A DNA stretch of 64,000 bases, taken from positions 128,098 to 192,097 of the forward strand of contig CAVTNR010000027.1 of assembly GCA_963736115.1 (NCBI GenBank), written 5' to 3'. The stretch comes from an uncultured bacterium (GTDB lineage Bacteria > Zhuqueibacterota > QNDG01 > DTFT01). The translations under genes were made by a program, and so were the position numbers. Below, in pieces: positions 9,762-19,747 of the stretch (positions are counted from its first letter, which is position 1; each line of letters begins with the position of its first letter). The notes under the pieces are model-generated. The model had not been told where the DNA came from. It saw only the letters and a program-made list of their open reading frames with translations, and made no database searches.

Positions 9762-10779
9762 TCAGAAGGTCATCCCGATCGAGAACTTCTGGATCTCCTT
9801 CAGCACCCCGAAATCCGCCCACGCGTAGTCCAGCATCAGGGACGATGTTCCGAACATCCTGTATTGCACGCCCCCGCCGAACGTCAGACCCTCCTCGCTG
9901 TCCTTCGCGAACAGGCTCTTGTATCCCGCGCGCAGAGCCACCATCCGGTGAAACACGTACTCCGCGCCCACGTTCACGCTCTCCACGTCGTCGTTCGGAT
10001 GAAGCGCGTCCACCGCCAGCGTCAGATTGCTGTCGTACAGACCCTTCAGAACGTCCACGCTCATCCCCACACGGAACAAAAGCGGCATGTCCCACTTGTC
10101 CGTCTGAAGATTCGCGTTGATGTTCGGGTTGTTCCCAGACACCGTCGCGTCGATGTCCTTCTGAACCAGCGCGTCCTGGCCGCCCATCTGCATCTTCGTT
10201 CCGTAATTCGATATGCTCATCCCCAGACGAAGTCCCTCCAGCTGGGTGTCGAACAGCGTCCCCACGTCGAACGCCATGCCCCGCGCGTTCATGTGAAAGA
10301 TCTTCTCCTGAACGTACTTCGCGTTGAACCCGATCGAAAACCGGTCCGTCAGATTCCGGGCGTAGCTCAGCGCGAACGCGTAGCTCCCGGCCGAAAACGT
10401 CTCCCCGGTCCCCTCCGGCTCCATCGTCGTCGTCCGGTCCATGTCCCCCATCGTCAGGAACTGAGCGCTCACGCCCAGAACCCCCACGCCACCCACCGGA
10501 ACCGCTACCGCCGCGTGGTTGTACGCGATGTCCGCGATCCACTGCGTGTTGCTGAACGACGCCTGGCCGCCCTTCATCCGGGCGATCCCAGCCGGATTCC
10601 AGTACACCCCGCTGATGTCGTCCACCACCGACACGAACGCGCTCCCCATCCCGACGCCCACGAGCGCCCTGGTCGATGTTCAGAAACGCCGCCGACGTCG
10701 TCCCCGCCTTCGTCACCTCCCGGCCGTATGCCGGGAAGGACAGGAGCAACGCCATCCCCATGATTGCTAGTTTCTTCAT
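9762..10779 (-). CDS. PorV/PorQ family barrel, cassette B (one +1 frameshift at ~10660)
   Basis: N-terminus of ORF 9670..10779 plus ORF 9762..10661; the mature sequence is identical to 1321..2343 after removing one base. Confidence 0.88.
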
Positions 10780-10822
10780 CAGAAGTCTCCTTTATCGATT
10801 GTCGAGCCCGATTCCTCAACAC

Positions 10823-10937
10823 AGTTCATTGTTCATGGTTCATAGTTCATAGTTAAAAAAGGTATTTTGTCGCTTCATGTTTTCCGTTGTTCCCGATCCT
10901 CTTTCAACCATGAACTATGAACCATGAACTATGAACT
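10823..10937. repeat. Heptamer-array hairpin between cargo gene and PorV gene (copy B)
   Basis: AGTTCAT-type x4 at 10823-10854; ATGAACT-type x4 at 10906-10937; homologous to 2384-2498. Confidence 0.85.
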
Positions 10938-10938
10938 T

Positions 10939-13900
10939 TTATTTGACGATCGCGAACTTCCCGACCTTCTGCCCGGCGTCGCCGGCATCGACGTGAAAGA
11001 CGTACACGCCGTAGGCGACGTCAAGGTTGTCCCTGGACCGCATGTCCCAGATCTCGGTGCCGTCCGCGATGGCCGGCGTGTTGTGGTCGATCGTCTGCAC
11101 CAGCTGGCCCCGCACGTTGAAGATCTTGATCGTGCACACCGCAGGCAGGTGGATGAAGTGCAGTTCCCGGGGTCCGCGGCCCGACGTGTAGGGGTTCGGC
11201 GGCTCCCACGCGTTGGAGATGATATACGGATTGGGCACGACCTTCACGTTCTTCAGCTGTTCCTTTGCGGCCGCGGCGTCGATCGTTTCCTTGCGGACCG
11301 TGAACTCCACGACGTCATGCGACAGGAACGGCTTGTCCAGGCGCAGGGTGATGTGGTCGCCCGGCGAGGGATTCGTCAGCGTGCTGTCATAAGTAGTGGC
11401 GTCGAGCTGGAACATGAAACCCACCGCGCCCGTGTCGTTCATCATGATGATCTGGTCCGTCCTCAGCCGCCTCGGATTGGTGAAGGCGCTGAACCGGCCG
11501 TCCGTCCCGTCCTGCTCGATGAACGCGAAATTGATCTCGGTCTTGATCTCGCCCGTGTCCGAGGGGATGATCTTGTAGGCCCTGAAGTTCACGGGCACGG
11601 AGGCGAATGTCGTCGTGCCCCGGATGAATGGGGTCGATTGGCCGACGCTGTCCGCACCGAACTCGATGCGGTAATCCGCGGGCACCGGAACCGTCGTGAT
11701 CCGCGTCCAGCGGTACGGCGCGAACGTGTAGGTGTACAGGCCGGGACGGCTCCAGGCGGAACGCTCCGCATCCAGAATCAGTTCCGCCTCATTGGTGAAC
11801 GCGAACTTGAACCCGTCGATCGTCGGAGACTCGTCCAGATCCGACAAACTCCGGCTCCGATCCACCAGAAGCCGCGGCGCGGACGGATCGGTGACGTCCG
11901 TCAGCGTGAAGCTCTCGGTGATGGGCGCCAGATTCGTGATCGTCCGCATCGTGTCCTCGAACGTGAACCGGTAGGTGTGGCCGTCGAGGATGCTGGTGGG
12001 CTCCACGATGTTGAAACTCACATAACCGGTAGCCGTGCTGCCGGGCATATTCCGCAGGGTCGCGATCTGCGAGGGCAGATACCCGGCCGAGGGCGCCTCG
12101 GGCGTGACGATGACCACGTTGGTGCCCTTCGAAACCTCGCCACCCGTGCTGATGGCGATGAACTTCGGGCACTCCGAGGGCGCGATTCCGCTCTCCGGAT
12201 CGCCGTGGTCGTACGCGGTCACGGCGTAATAGTACTTCTGGCCGTTCTTCACCGTGGTGTCGGTCCAGGTGTGACGGAGTCCGGTGTTCTCGCCGAGGTC
12301 GAAGCAGACGCCCTTCAGGGGCACCGGCGACAGTCCGGAGAACTCGTTGTCAATATCGAACTGCTTGACCGGCCTCCGGTAGGTGGTCGAACCGTAGCTG
12401 TCCGTGATCGGCGTGCAGTCGTTCCACCCCGGATCCGTGGAGCGGTAGATCCGGTATCCCTCGAAATCCTCGCCCAGAATGGGATCGACCGTGTGTTCGG
12501 CCAGGTTGTCCCAATTGAGCGTCACTTTCCGGTTCCCGGCCGTGGCCCAGACCGTCGGAATGGCCGGGAGACTTGGAGAAGTTGTAGTTCTCCTCATAGG
12601 CCTTTGTCACCCAGCCGGTATTGTACACCATTTCGGCCCGGCCTTCGTCCAGGGTGGGACCGTCGGCCAGAACCACGCCCATGGAGAACCGCTGGAAAGT
12701 ACCCGGCTCCATCGGGAAATATCCGGAGCCCCACATGATTTCCGTGTTCTGGCGCTGGAGCCGGTCGTCGAGCATGCCGGGTCTGAGCATGCCCCAGACG
12801 CCTTCGTCGTCGTACTGCGGAATCGAGCTCCATTCATACAGATTGAAGCTGGTGAGCCCGATCATGTCGGTCTCGTGGATGTCGAGCTTGTCGAAACGCG
12901 GCTCTCCGTTCGTGGGCCTGCCGTCCTTTTCGCCGGGATCGTTCGTGGAAGGCGCGCCGTCCTGGCCCGTGTCATCGTCCTTCGCGAGCCAGTCACCGTC
13001 GTTGTCCACCCCGTCATCACGGCGCTCGTCGATCATCCGGTTGTCGCTGCCCTCGCCCGTGATGTAGTTGACATACTTCACGCCCGGATTGGCGTACAGG
13101 TAGCGCACGATCTGGTTGGGTTCCGTGCCGAACACGGACCCGTCGTTCTCGTCGATGATGCCGTTGAGGTTGTCGTCGATGAGGTTCTGCGGGTATTCCG
13201 CCACAACCTTGCCCGGCCAGAACTTGTATTCGATGTTCTGGTAGGCGATCCGGACCGTATCATCCGGCATGGGCATGACGGTCCGCTCGAAAGTCAGGTA
13301 ATCGATCTTCACGATCGTCTCGCCCGCACGGAGCGTGCGTTCGGCGAACATGGCCTCGTCGATCAGGCCGCCCGATCCGTTGATGCCGTCCCCGTCATTG
13401 TCGATGCCGTCATCGGGATTACCCGGGCTTTCGAGGAAAGCGCCGCCGATCAGGGCGACCGGCGTGTAGCCGCCGCCGCCGAGGTTGTCATAATCGTACA
13501 TATAGGCGATGTCCGTGTCGAGCTCGTACGCGCCGCAGTCGTCGGCGCCGTCGCTCTGTCCGGACATGGTGTCGCCCAGGTTGTTCCCGACCTTGAATCC
13601 GAACACCATCTTGTCGTGGTGATGCGAACTGTAGTTTTCGAAGTCGAACAGGATGAACAGCGCGTTCTCGACCAGCGCGTTCGACCACTGCAGGCCGCGG
13701 ACGTACATGCGCAGGCCCAGCCCCTGCCGGCTGCGGTCCGCGGGATCCGGGTAGAACTTCCATTCCTTGTTCTGTGAATCGTCGCCCACATAGTAGCTTT
13801 CCTCGTCGGCGTTGAACTGGTCCTTGCCGAAATACCCGTTCCAGGCCGCGCGGCCCGGAATGCCGTCCACCGCGTCGTTCGCCCATCCCGCGTCGACCGG

Positions 13901-14417
13901 GTCGTCCGACTTGTCCGGCCAGAACGAGGGCCACGACCACTTCCACTTGCTCATGGCGATGCGGGGCGTCCGGCTCATCTCCGCCGGCGGAGCCTCGTTG
14001 TAGAACCCCCGCAGCGGCAGGAACGTCCACCAGTACTGGCCGTCCGGACTGCCGTCGCCCGAAGAGTTCTCGCTCTCCGGCGCGGACGCCGCGCTGCGGA
14101 CCGTGGACGTGATGTGCCGGAGCTGGCCATCCTCGTCGATCACCTCGGAGCCCACGAAGGGGTTGCCGTCGAGCATGTAAATGTGGCCGGAGCCGATCGG
14201 CCATTCGCCGCCGATGTCGCTGGTGCTGTTCCGGTTGTTGCCCCACGTGCCCGTCGTTGTAGAACGTGGTGCGGAACTGGTTGCCGGCGTGCTCCCCGCT
14301 CACGATGATGTTCTGGTCGCCGTAGAGCGTCCCCAACTGGGATTGGCCGGAGAGCCGGCCCGCCGCCAATCCGACCAGGACCGCCGCCCAGACGCCGTAA
14401 ATTCGAATGGATTTCAT
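10939..14417 (-). CDS. Large secreted acidic protein with T9SS-like C-terminal sorting domain, cassette B (+1 frameshifts at ~14250 and ~12567)
   Basis: Three ORF pieces (MKSIRIY.., 12350..14176, 10939..12597) colinear with paralog A; same motifs and KFAIVK end; GAAGGAG SD. Confidence 0.8.
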
Positions 14418-14440
14418 TGCGTTCTCCTTCACGTTTCCGG

Positions 14441-17400
14441 TTAGAATCCGACGGACAGGCCCATCTGAACCTGGCGCGGGGCCGTGTACCAGCCGGGCTG
14501 ACGCACGAATTCGGAGACGGTTCCGACCCGGCCCGCGTCATAGGGCTGGGTGGCGACGGAAACCGTGGTGGTGTAGTCCGCGCTGCCCGTGTCGCTGTAC
14601 ACGGTCAGTTCGTCGCGGATGTCGAACAGGTTATAGACATTGAGGAACCATCCGAGACGAAGACCCGCCGCGCGGAACTGCCGGTTGACGTACAAATCCA
14701 CGTTCTTCTGCGCCGGCTTGTACATGCTGTTCTCGCGGAGCGCGCTGGTCGCCGTGCCGCCGGTCTGCTCCCCGGTCCGGAACGAAGGCGTATAGGGCGT
14801 GCCGGTGTAGTAGCGACCGATCAGGGAGGCCGTCCAGGATCCCGCGCGGAATTCCACGCGGCCGTTGGCCGTGTGACGCTGGTCCCAGGCCATGGGAATC
14901 AGGGAAATGCGGGGTTCGTTCTGGTTGAGCGCCGCGACAAAGGCCTCGTTCGGGCTGGAGAACGTGCCCTCGGCGACCTCGTACATGTAGTCCACAAAGG
15001 CCGCGAAATGGTTCGAGTAGCGCTTGGACAGCTTGAAGGTCAATCCGCGGATGTTGGCGTAGTCCTTGTTCTCCCACTTCGCGTAGAACACCGAGGCCTG
15101 GGAGGTGCTGATCAGGTTGCTCGTCGACACCCAGTCGCGCACGTCCCGGTAGAACACGGTGACGTCGATGCCCACGTCCTGCAGAATCTGCTGCTGCAGC
15201 CCGATCTCGTACTGCGTGGTCCGCTGGGGCTTCAGCGCCGCGTTCCCGAAAATGAGGTCCTGGTTGTTGACGCCCAGGCCGCCGGCCGGCATCTTGAAAT
15301 CCGGGTTGGTGTACAGGTACTGGAATTCCGGAATCTGGAAAAAATGCCCGTACGAAAAGTGGATCACGCCCCGGTCCGTGATCGGGTACGAAACGCCCAG
15401 CCTCGGAGACACGGCCATCCGGGCATCCACCTTCTTCTGCATGAACGCCCGCCGCTCCTCAGGCGTGTACGTCTCAAACTGCGCCTGATAGGCCGTCAGG
15501 TCCGGTCCCGACAGCGGCGTGGAAGGCGGAACGTAGCCCTTGTAGATGTGCTCGGGCTTGAAGGGATAATACACGCTCGGATCCGAGGGATCGGCCGGAA
15601 CCACGCTGTTGGCGTCGAAATAATCGAAGCGGAGCCCCAGGTTCACGATCAGGTCCTTGAGCTCGATCTTGTCCTGACCGTACACCGCGAGCTCCCGCGG
15701 CGAACGGTCGTATTTCTGGCGGTAGATGCTCGACAGGTCCGGAATCGACGGCTCGAACGGAACGATGGTCGTGGTGCCCGAAACCGCCGGCCGGATGGTG
15801 AACTGGTCCAGCAGAAGATTATGATGGCGGTACTCGAATCCCGTCTTGATCTGGTGGACGGATCCCGCCTGGTGCGTCAGATCCATCTTGGCCACCCAGT
15901 ACGATGTCGTCCGGTCCATATTGAACAGCGAATTGCCCGCCCGGTAAAGACTGTACGCGGCCGGCTGCTGGCTCGAATCCGGATGCACGTAGCCGGCCGG
16001 GCCTGCCGGATCCGTATAATAATGAAAACTCCGACGGTCGTTCTGAATCTCGGTCAGCCGGGACTGTCCTTCGGCTGTCGAAGGATCGAACGTTTCGGCC
16101 GGCAGTCCCCGGTTCACATCCTCGTCCACGGCCACCCGGTACTTGCTCTTCGCCAGCGGGTCGTCGTAGACGTGCTGCTCGTAGCGGGTCTTGAAATGGC
16201 TGAGCCTGAGCTCATAGAAAGTCTGCGACGAGAGAATATGGTTCAGGGAAAGAATGTGGGTGCGGGCCTTGCTCGACTGCTGTGGCGTGCCGCCCGGAAC
16301 ATAGGTGTAGAGCTGGTTGTAGAGCCGCTCGTTCTCCGACTGGCTGACGAACAGGTTGTAGCTCAAATTGATGTGCGGCCTGATCTTGTAGGCCACCTTG
16401 CCCTGGAACGAACTCCGCGTGTGGGGATTCAGCGCCACGACCGAACTGTCGCCCGTGTGACCCTGAGGCGTGTAGAACTCGCGGCCGTACAGGTATCCCT
16501 CGTCGGACAGAAAGCGGGCGTTCGTGAAGAACGTCATCCGCTTGTTCGTCAGGGGAACCGGCCCGCTCAGCGTGAACTCTCCGTTGGCCACGGGATTGAA
16601 CTTCCGGAGCGGGTTCTCGTACTTCCCGGCGCCCGTGGTGGCCCCCGAGATCGCGTTCACGGCCGGCGCCCAGCTCTTCAGGATCTTATACGCCGGGTCC
16701 GTGCTGACGTAATCGCCGACATAACCGGAGATCTCGCCCGTGTAGCGGTCGCTGCCCTCCTTGGTGATGTATTTCACGATGCCCGACATGGCCTGACCGT
16801 ATTCGGCGTTGAATGTGCCGCTGACCACCTGCATCTCCTGAATCGAGTTCGTCTCCACCGAAACGCCGTTGTATCCGTTGTACACGTCCGTCGTGGATAC
16901 GCCGTCCACCCAGTACGCCACCTCGCCCCGACGCCCGCCGCGGATGTGGATGTCACCCCCCTGACGGATCACGCCGGCCTGCAGCTGGAGAATGTCCTCA
17001 ACGTTCCGAACCGGAAGGTTCGCGATTTCATCCGCGCCTACCGTCGACAGCGAACCCGTCATGTCCTTCCGGACCAGCGGTTTCTCCGCCACAATGGTCA
17101 CGGTCTCGTCCGATTCGATCACGGTCGAGGCCAGGTCCACGTCCAGAGCGGTCGTGAAATCAACGGACACGCGGATGTTCTCGACCACGGTCCGGCGGTA
17201 ACCCATGAGGGTCAACCGGAGCGCGTAGGAACCCGGTGGAAGGCCGAGAATCTGGTACTCGCCCTTCTCGTCCGTGATGGCGCCGAACGATGTGCCCTGC
17301 ACCAGAACGTTCACGCCGATCAGCGGAGACTTGTTGCCGGCGTCCTTCACCGTGCCGGCGATTTTTCCCGTGTTTCCGGCGAACACTCCCGCCCAGCTGA

Positions 17401-17458
17401 ACAGGGCGAGAAGGAGAAACCAGGCCGGAAGCGCTCTGAAGACGGAGGTTTTTCTCAT
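14441..17458 (-). CDS. TonB-dependent receptor, cassette B
   Basis: Start MRKTSV at 17458 with GGAG SD; GNTGKIAG, IRGGRRGEVAYWVDG, terminal PRQVQMGLSVGF; paralog of 5907..8879. Confidence 0.92.
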   Translation of the reverse strand: MRKTSVFRALPAWFLLLALFSWAGVFAGNTGKIAGTVKDAGNKSPLIGVNVLVQGTSFGAITDEKGEYQILGLPPGSYALRLTLMGYRRTVVENIRVSVDFTTALDVDLASTVIESDETVTIVAEKPLVRKDMTGSLSTVGADEIANLPVRNVEDILQLQAGVIRQGGDIHIRGGRRGEVAYWVDGVSTTDVYNGYNGVSVETNSIQEMQVVSGTFNAEYGQAMSGIVKYITKEGSDRYTGEISGYVGDYVSTDPAYKILKSWAPAVNAISGATTGAGKYENPLRKFNPVANGEFTLSGPVPLTNKRMTFFTNARFLSDEGYLYGREFYTPQGHTGDSSVVALNPHTRSSFQGKVAYKIRPHINLSYNLFVSQSENERLYNQLYTYVPGGTPQQSSKARTHILSLNHILSSQTFYELRLSHFKTRYEQHVYDDPLAKSKYRVAVDEDVNRGLPAETFDPSTAEGQSRLTEIQNDRRSFHYYTDPAGPAGYVHPDSSQQPAAYSLYRAGNSLFNMDRTTSYWVAKMDLTHQAGSVHQIKTGFEYRHHNLLLDQFTIRPAVSGTTTIVPFEPSIPDLSSIYRQKYDRSPRELAVYGQDKIELKDLIVNLGLRFDYFDANSVVPADPSDPSVYYPFKPEHIYKGYVPPSTPLSGPDLTAYQAQFETYTPEERRAFMQKKVDARMAVSPRLGVSYPITDRGVIHFSYGHFFQIPEFQYLYTNPDFKMPAGGLGVNNQDLIFGNAALKPQRTTQYEIGLQQQILQDVGIDVTVFYRDVRDWVSTSNLISTSQASVFYAKWENKDYANIRGLTFKLSKRYSNHFAAFVDYMYEVAEGTFSSPNEAFVAALNQNEPRISLIPMAWDQRHTANGRVEFRAGSWTASLIGRYYTGTPYTPSFRTGEQTGGTATSALRENSMYKPAQKNVDLYVNRQFRAAGLRLGWFLNVYNLFDIRDELTVYSDTGSADYTTTVSVATQPYDAGRVGTVSEFVRQPGWYTAPRQVQMGLSVGF

Positions 17459-17726
17459 AGCCGTCGACTCCAAGTTTGGGGTTTTAAACGTTCTGGAACG
17501 ATCCTGATGTAACTGCTGATTGATTCTCCCCGCCGTCCTGCCGCGCGGGACCCGGGAATGATATTGATGAATGATGGACATCAATCACTACGGATCTCCT
17601 TCCGAACCAGGATATACCCTGAAGCAATATGCGTTATCGTACACGCAAGTCCGTGAAACACTTTGCAGAATAAAACTCGAATGACGACTTAATGTGAACT
17701 TGGGTTAATCCTGGAAATGACCGGTT

Positions 17727-17755
17727 AAAGTAGGTAATTAACTATTTTAAGTCAA
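17727..17755 (-). promoter_or_regulatory. Putative sigma70 promoter of cassette B
   Basis: Minus strand TTGACT, 17-nt spacer, TACTTT in an AT-rich region. Confidence 0.45.
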
Positions 17756-17786
17756 GAGAAAATTATTGATGTTAAGTAAGCATATT

Positions 17787-17946
17787 AATGAATGACCCCG
17801 CCGCAAGCGGCGGGGTATCACAGGAAATCTAGATGATGGACGCCGCAAGCGGCGGGGAATCAGACCCGTCGGAGCGGCCAGAAGCCAAATCTCCGATCAT
17901 CCAGAAAAACTGGTACCAGAATCAAAAGGCTTCTGGCCGCCAGATT
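17787..17946 (-). mobile_element. 160-bp palindromic mini-element, copy 2 (inverted relative to copy 1)
   Basis: ACCCCGCCGCAAGCGGCGGGGT, CGCCGCAAGCGGCG and GCGGCCAGAAGCC..GGCTTCTGGCCGC hairpins; overlaps the pdxT 3' end. Confidence 0.7.
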
Positions 17947-18526
17947 GAGCAACGAAATTATTGAGGAAATAACCATGTATGCGTGTATCGTCCGTCAGCT
18001 CGGGATGAAAGGTCATGCCGAGAATACGGCGGTTCCGCACCATGACCGGATCGGTCCCATGAAATCCGACCGCCTCCGTTCCCTTCCCCAGCGTCCGGAT
18101 TCGGGGCGCCCGGATGAATACGCCATTCAGTTCAGGATCTGCGTTCATAAATGAAACGCGGACCGGAGCCGTGAAGGAATCGACCTGCCGGCCGTAGGCA
18201 TTGCGCTCGACCTCGATGTCGATGAGGCCCAGCGTCTCCATGGCTACGCCCGAAACCCGGGTCGCCAGGGTGATCAAGCCTGCGCATGTGCCCATCACCG
18301 GCCGGTCGGCCGCAAAGGACCGGATCGATTCGAAGAGCCCGGTTTCCTTCAGCAGTTTGACGAAAGTGGTTGACTCCCCGCCCGGAAGAATCAGTCCGTC
18401 GCACGCGTCCAGCTCCCCGGGCCGTCGGATGCGGGGCGCCTCGACGCCCAGCGCCTCCAGACTGCGGCGGTGCAGGCTGAAATCGCCCTGAACCGAGAGA
18501 ACACCGACAACCGTTTTTTTCACCAT
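17897..18526 (-). CDS. pdxT: Pyridoxal 5'-phosphate synthase glutaminase subunit
   Basis: [44 protein letters not shown]. Confidence 0.96.
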   Translation of the reverse strand: MVKKTVVGVLSVQGDFSLHRRSLEALGVEAPRIRRPGELDACDGLILPGGESTTFVKLLKETGLFESIRSFAADRPVMGTCAGLITLATRVSGVAMETLGLIDIEVERNAYGRQVDSFTAPVRVSFMNADPELNGVFIRAPRIRTLGKGTEAVGFHGTDPVMVRNRRILGMTFHPELTDDTRIHGYFLNNFVAQSGGQKPFDSGTSFSG

Positions 18527-19413
18527 CCCCGTCCGGCCATGCGTTCGGATTCCGGAATGGACGCCATTTCCAGTCCGGGCATGGCGTCCGAAAGACCCTC
18601 GCTGGCTTTGGCCACCTGATCCGGATCGTCGTAATGCGTCGTGGCCGTGACAATGGCCTTGGCCCGGACAGCTGGATCCGATGATTTAAATATGCCCGAT
18701 CCCACAAAAATCGATTCCGCGCCGAGCTGCATCATCAGGGAGGCGTCCGCGGGCGTAGCCACGCCGCCGGCCGCAAAATTGGGAACCGGGAGTTTCTTCA
18801 GCCGTCGCACGGTTTCGAGCAGGTCGACCGGAACGCCCAATTCCTTGGCCCGTATCACTGTTTCCTCGTCCCCGAGGGATGCCGCCTCGCGGATGGCGGA
18901 CTGTACGGTGCGCATGTGCCGTACGGCCTCGACAATGTTGCCCGTGCCCGGCTCTCCCTTGGTGCGTATCATGGCGGCGCCTTCCGCAATTCTGCGGAGG
19001 GCCTCCCCGAGGTCCCTGCAGCCGCAGACAAAAGGCGCCTTGAACTTCCATTTGTCCACATGATAGCGTTCGTCCGCGGGGGTGAGAACCTCACTTTCAT
19101 CGATGAAATCGACGCCCAGGGACTGAAGCACCTGCGCCTCGGCCAGATGACCGATGCGGCATTTGGCCATGACGGGGATGGACACCGCGTCCATGATTTC
19201 ACGGATCACTCTGGGATTGGACATGCGCGCCACGCCGCCGTTTGCGCGGATATCCGCTGGAATGCGCTCCAGCGCCATCACCGACACGGCGCCCGCATCC
19301 TCGGCGATCTTGGCCTGGTCGGCATTGGTGACGTCCATGATGACGCCGCCCTTGAGCATTTCGGCCAGCCCGACCTTCAGGCGGTAGGCGTCGTCGGCTC
19401 GGAAAAAGTCCAT
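18520..19413 (-). CDS. pdxS: Pyridoxal 5'-phosphate synthase lyase subunit
   Basis: [46 protein letters not shown]. Confidence 0.97.
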   Translation of the reverse strand: MDFFRADDAYRLKVGLAEMLKGGVIMDVTNADQAKIAEDAGAVSVMALERIPADIRANGGVARMSNPRVIREIMDAVSIPVMAKCRIGHLAEAQVLQSLGVDFIDESEVLTPADERYHVDKWKFKAPFVCGCRDLGEALRRIAEGAAMIRTKGEPGTGNIVEAVRHMRTVQSAIREAASLGDEETVIRAKELGVPVDLLETVRRLKKLPVPNFAAGGVATPADASLMMQLGAESIFVGSGIFKSSDPAVRAKAIVTATTHYDDPDQVAKASEGLSDAMPGLEMASIPESERMAGRGW

Positions 19414-19506
19414 ATTTATGTTCCTCCTGACTTAAGCCAATAATTTACGAAACTTTTCGGCTGAATTCAAGAATCCGCTTGCATTTCTCGAAAATATCGG
19501 TTAATT

Positions 19507-19725
19507 AATCGGGCGGCCAGAAGCCTGGTCATTTTGGTTCCGGTTATTCTGGATAATCGGAGATAGGGCTTCTGGCCGCTCCGACAGGTCGAGTACCCCG
19601 GGCCCGCGATGCCTTCAATAACCGGCATATGTTGCTTGGCCCCGCGAAGCCTTCATATAGCTGGCTTCTGTAGCTTGGTCCCGCGAAGCGGGACGGTACG
19701 GTACGGGGCGGCCGGGGTCCTTCAT
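19507..19725 (+). mobile_element. Mini-element copy 3 with expanded interior
   Basis: The first ~94 bp match copy 1 and the terminal GGGGTCCTTCAT (19714-19725) matches the copy 1 end; the interior has three CCCGCGA(A/T)GC motifs. Confidence 0.6.
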
Positions 19726-19747
19726 CCGTAAAACCGGAGGCAGGACA

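Noticed and set aside
1321-10779. Near-identical PorV copies as DGR template/variable repeats
   Set aside because: The differences are synonymous and not adenine-specific, and there is no reverse transcriptase in the window.
14417-17512. 1031-aa plus-strand ORF and other long antisense ORFs (e.g. 4211..5902, 6810..8255, 10924..12738, 29065..30630)
   Set aside because: These are shadow frames of high-GC3 genes on the opposite strand and carry no recognisable motifs.
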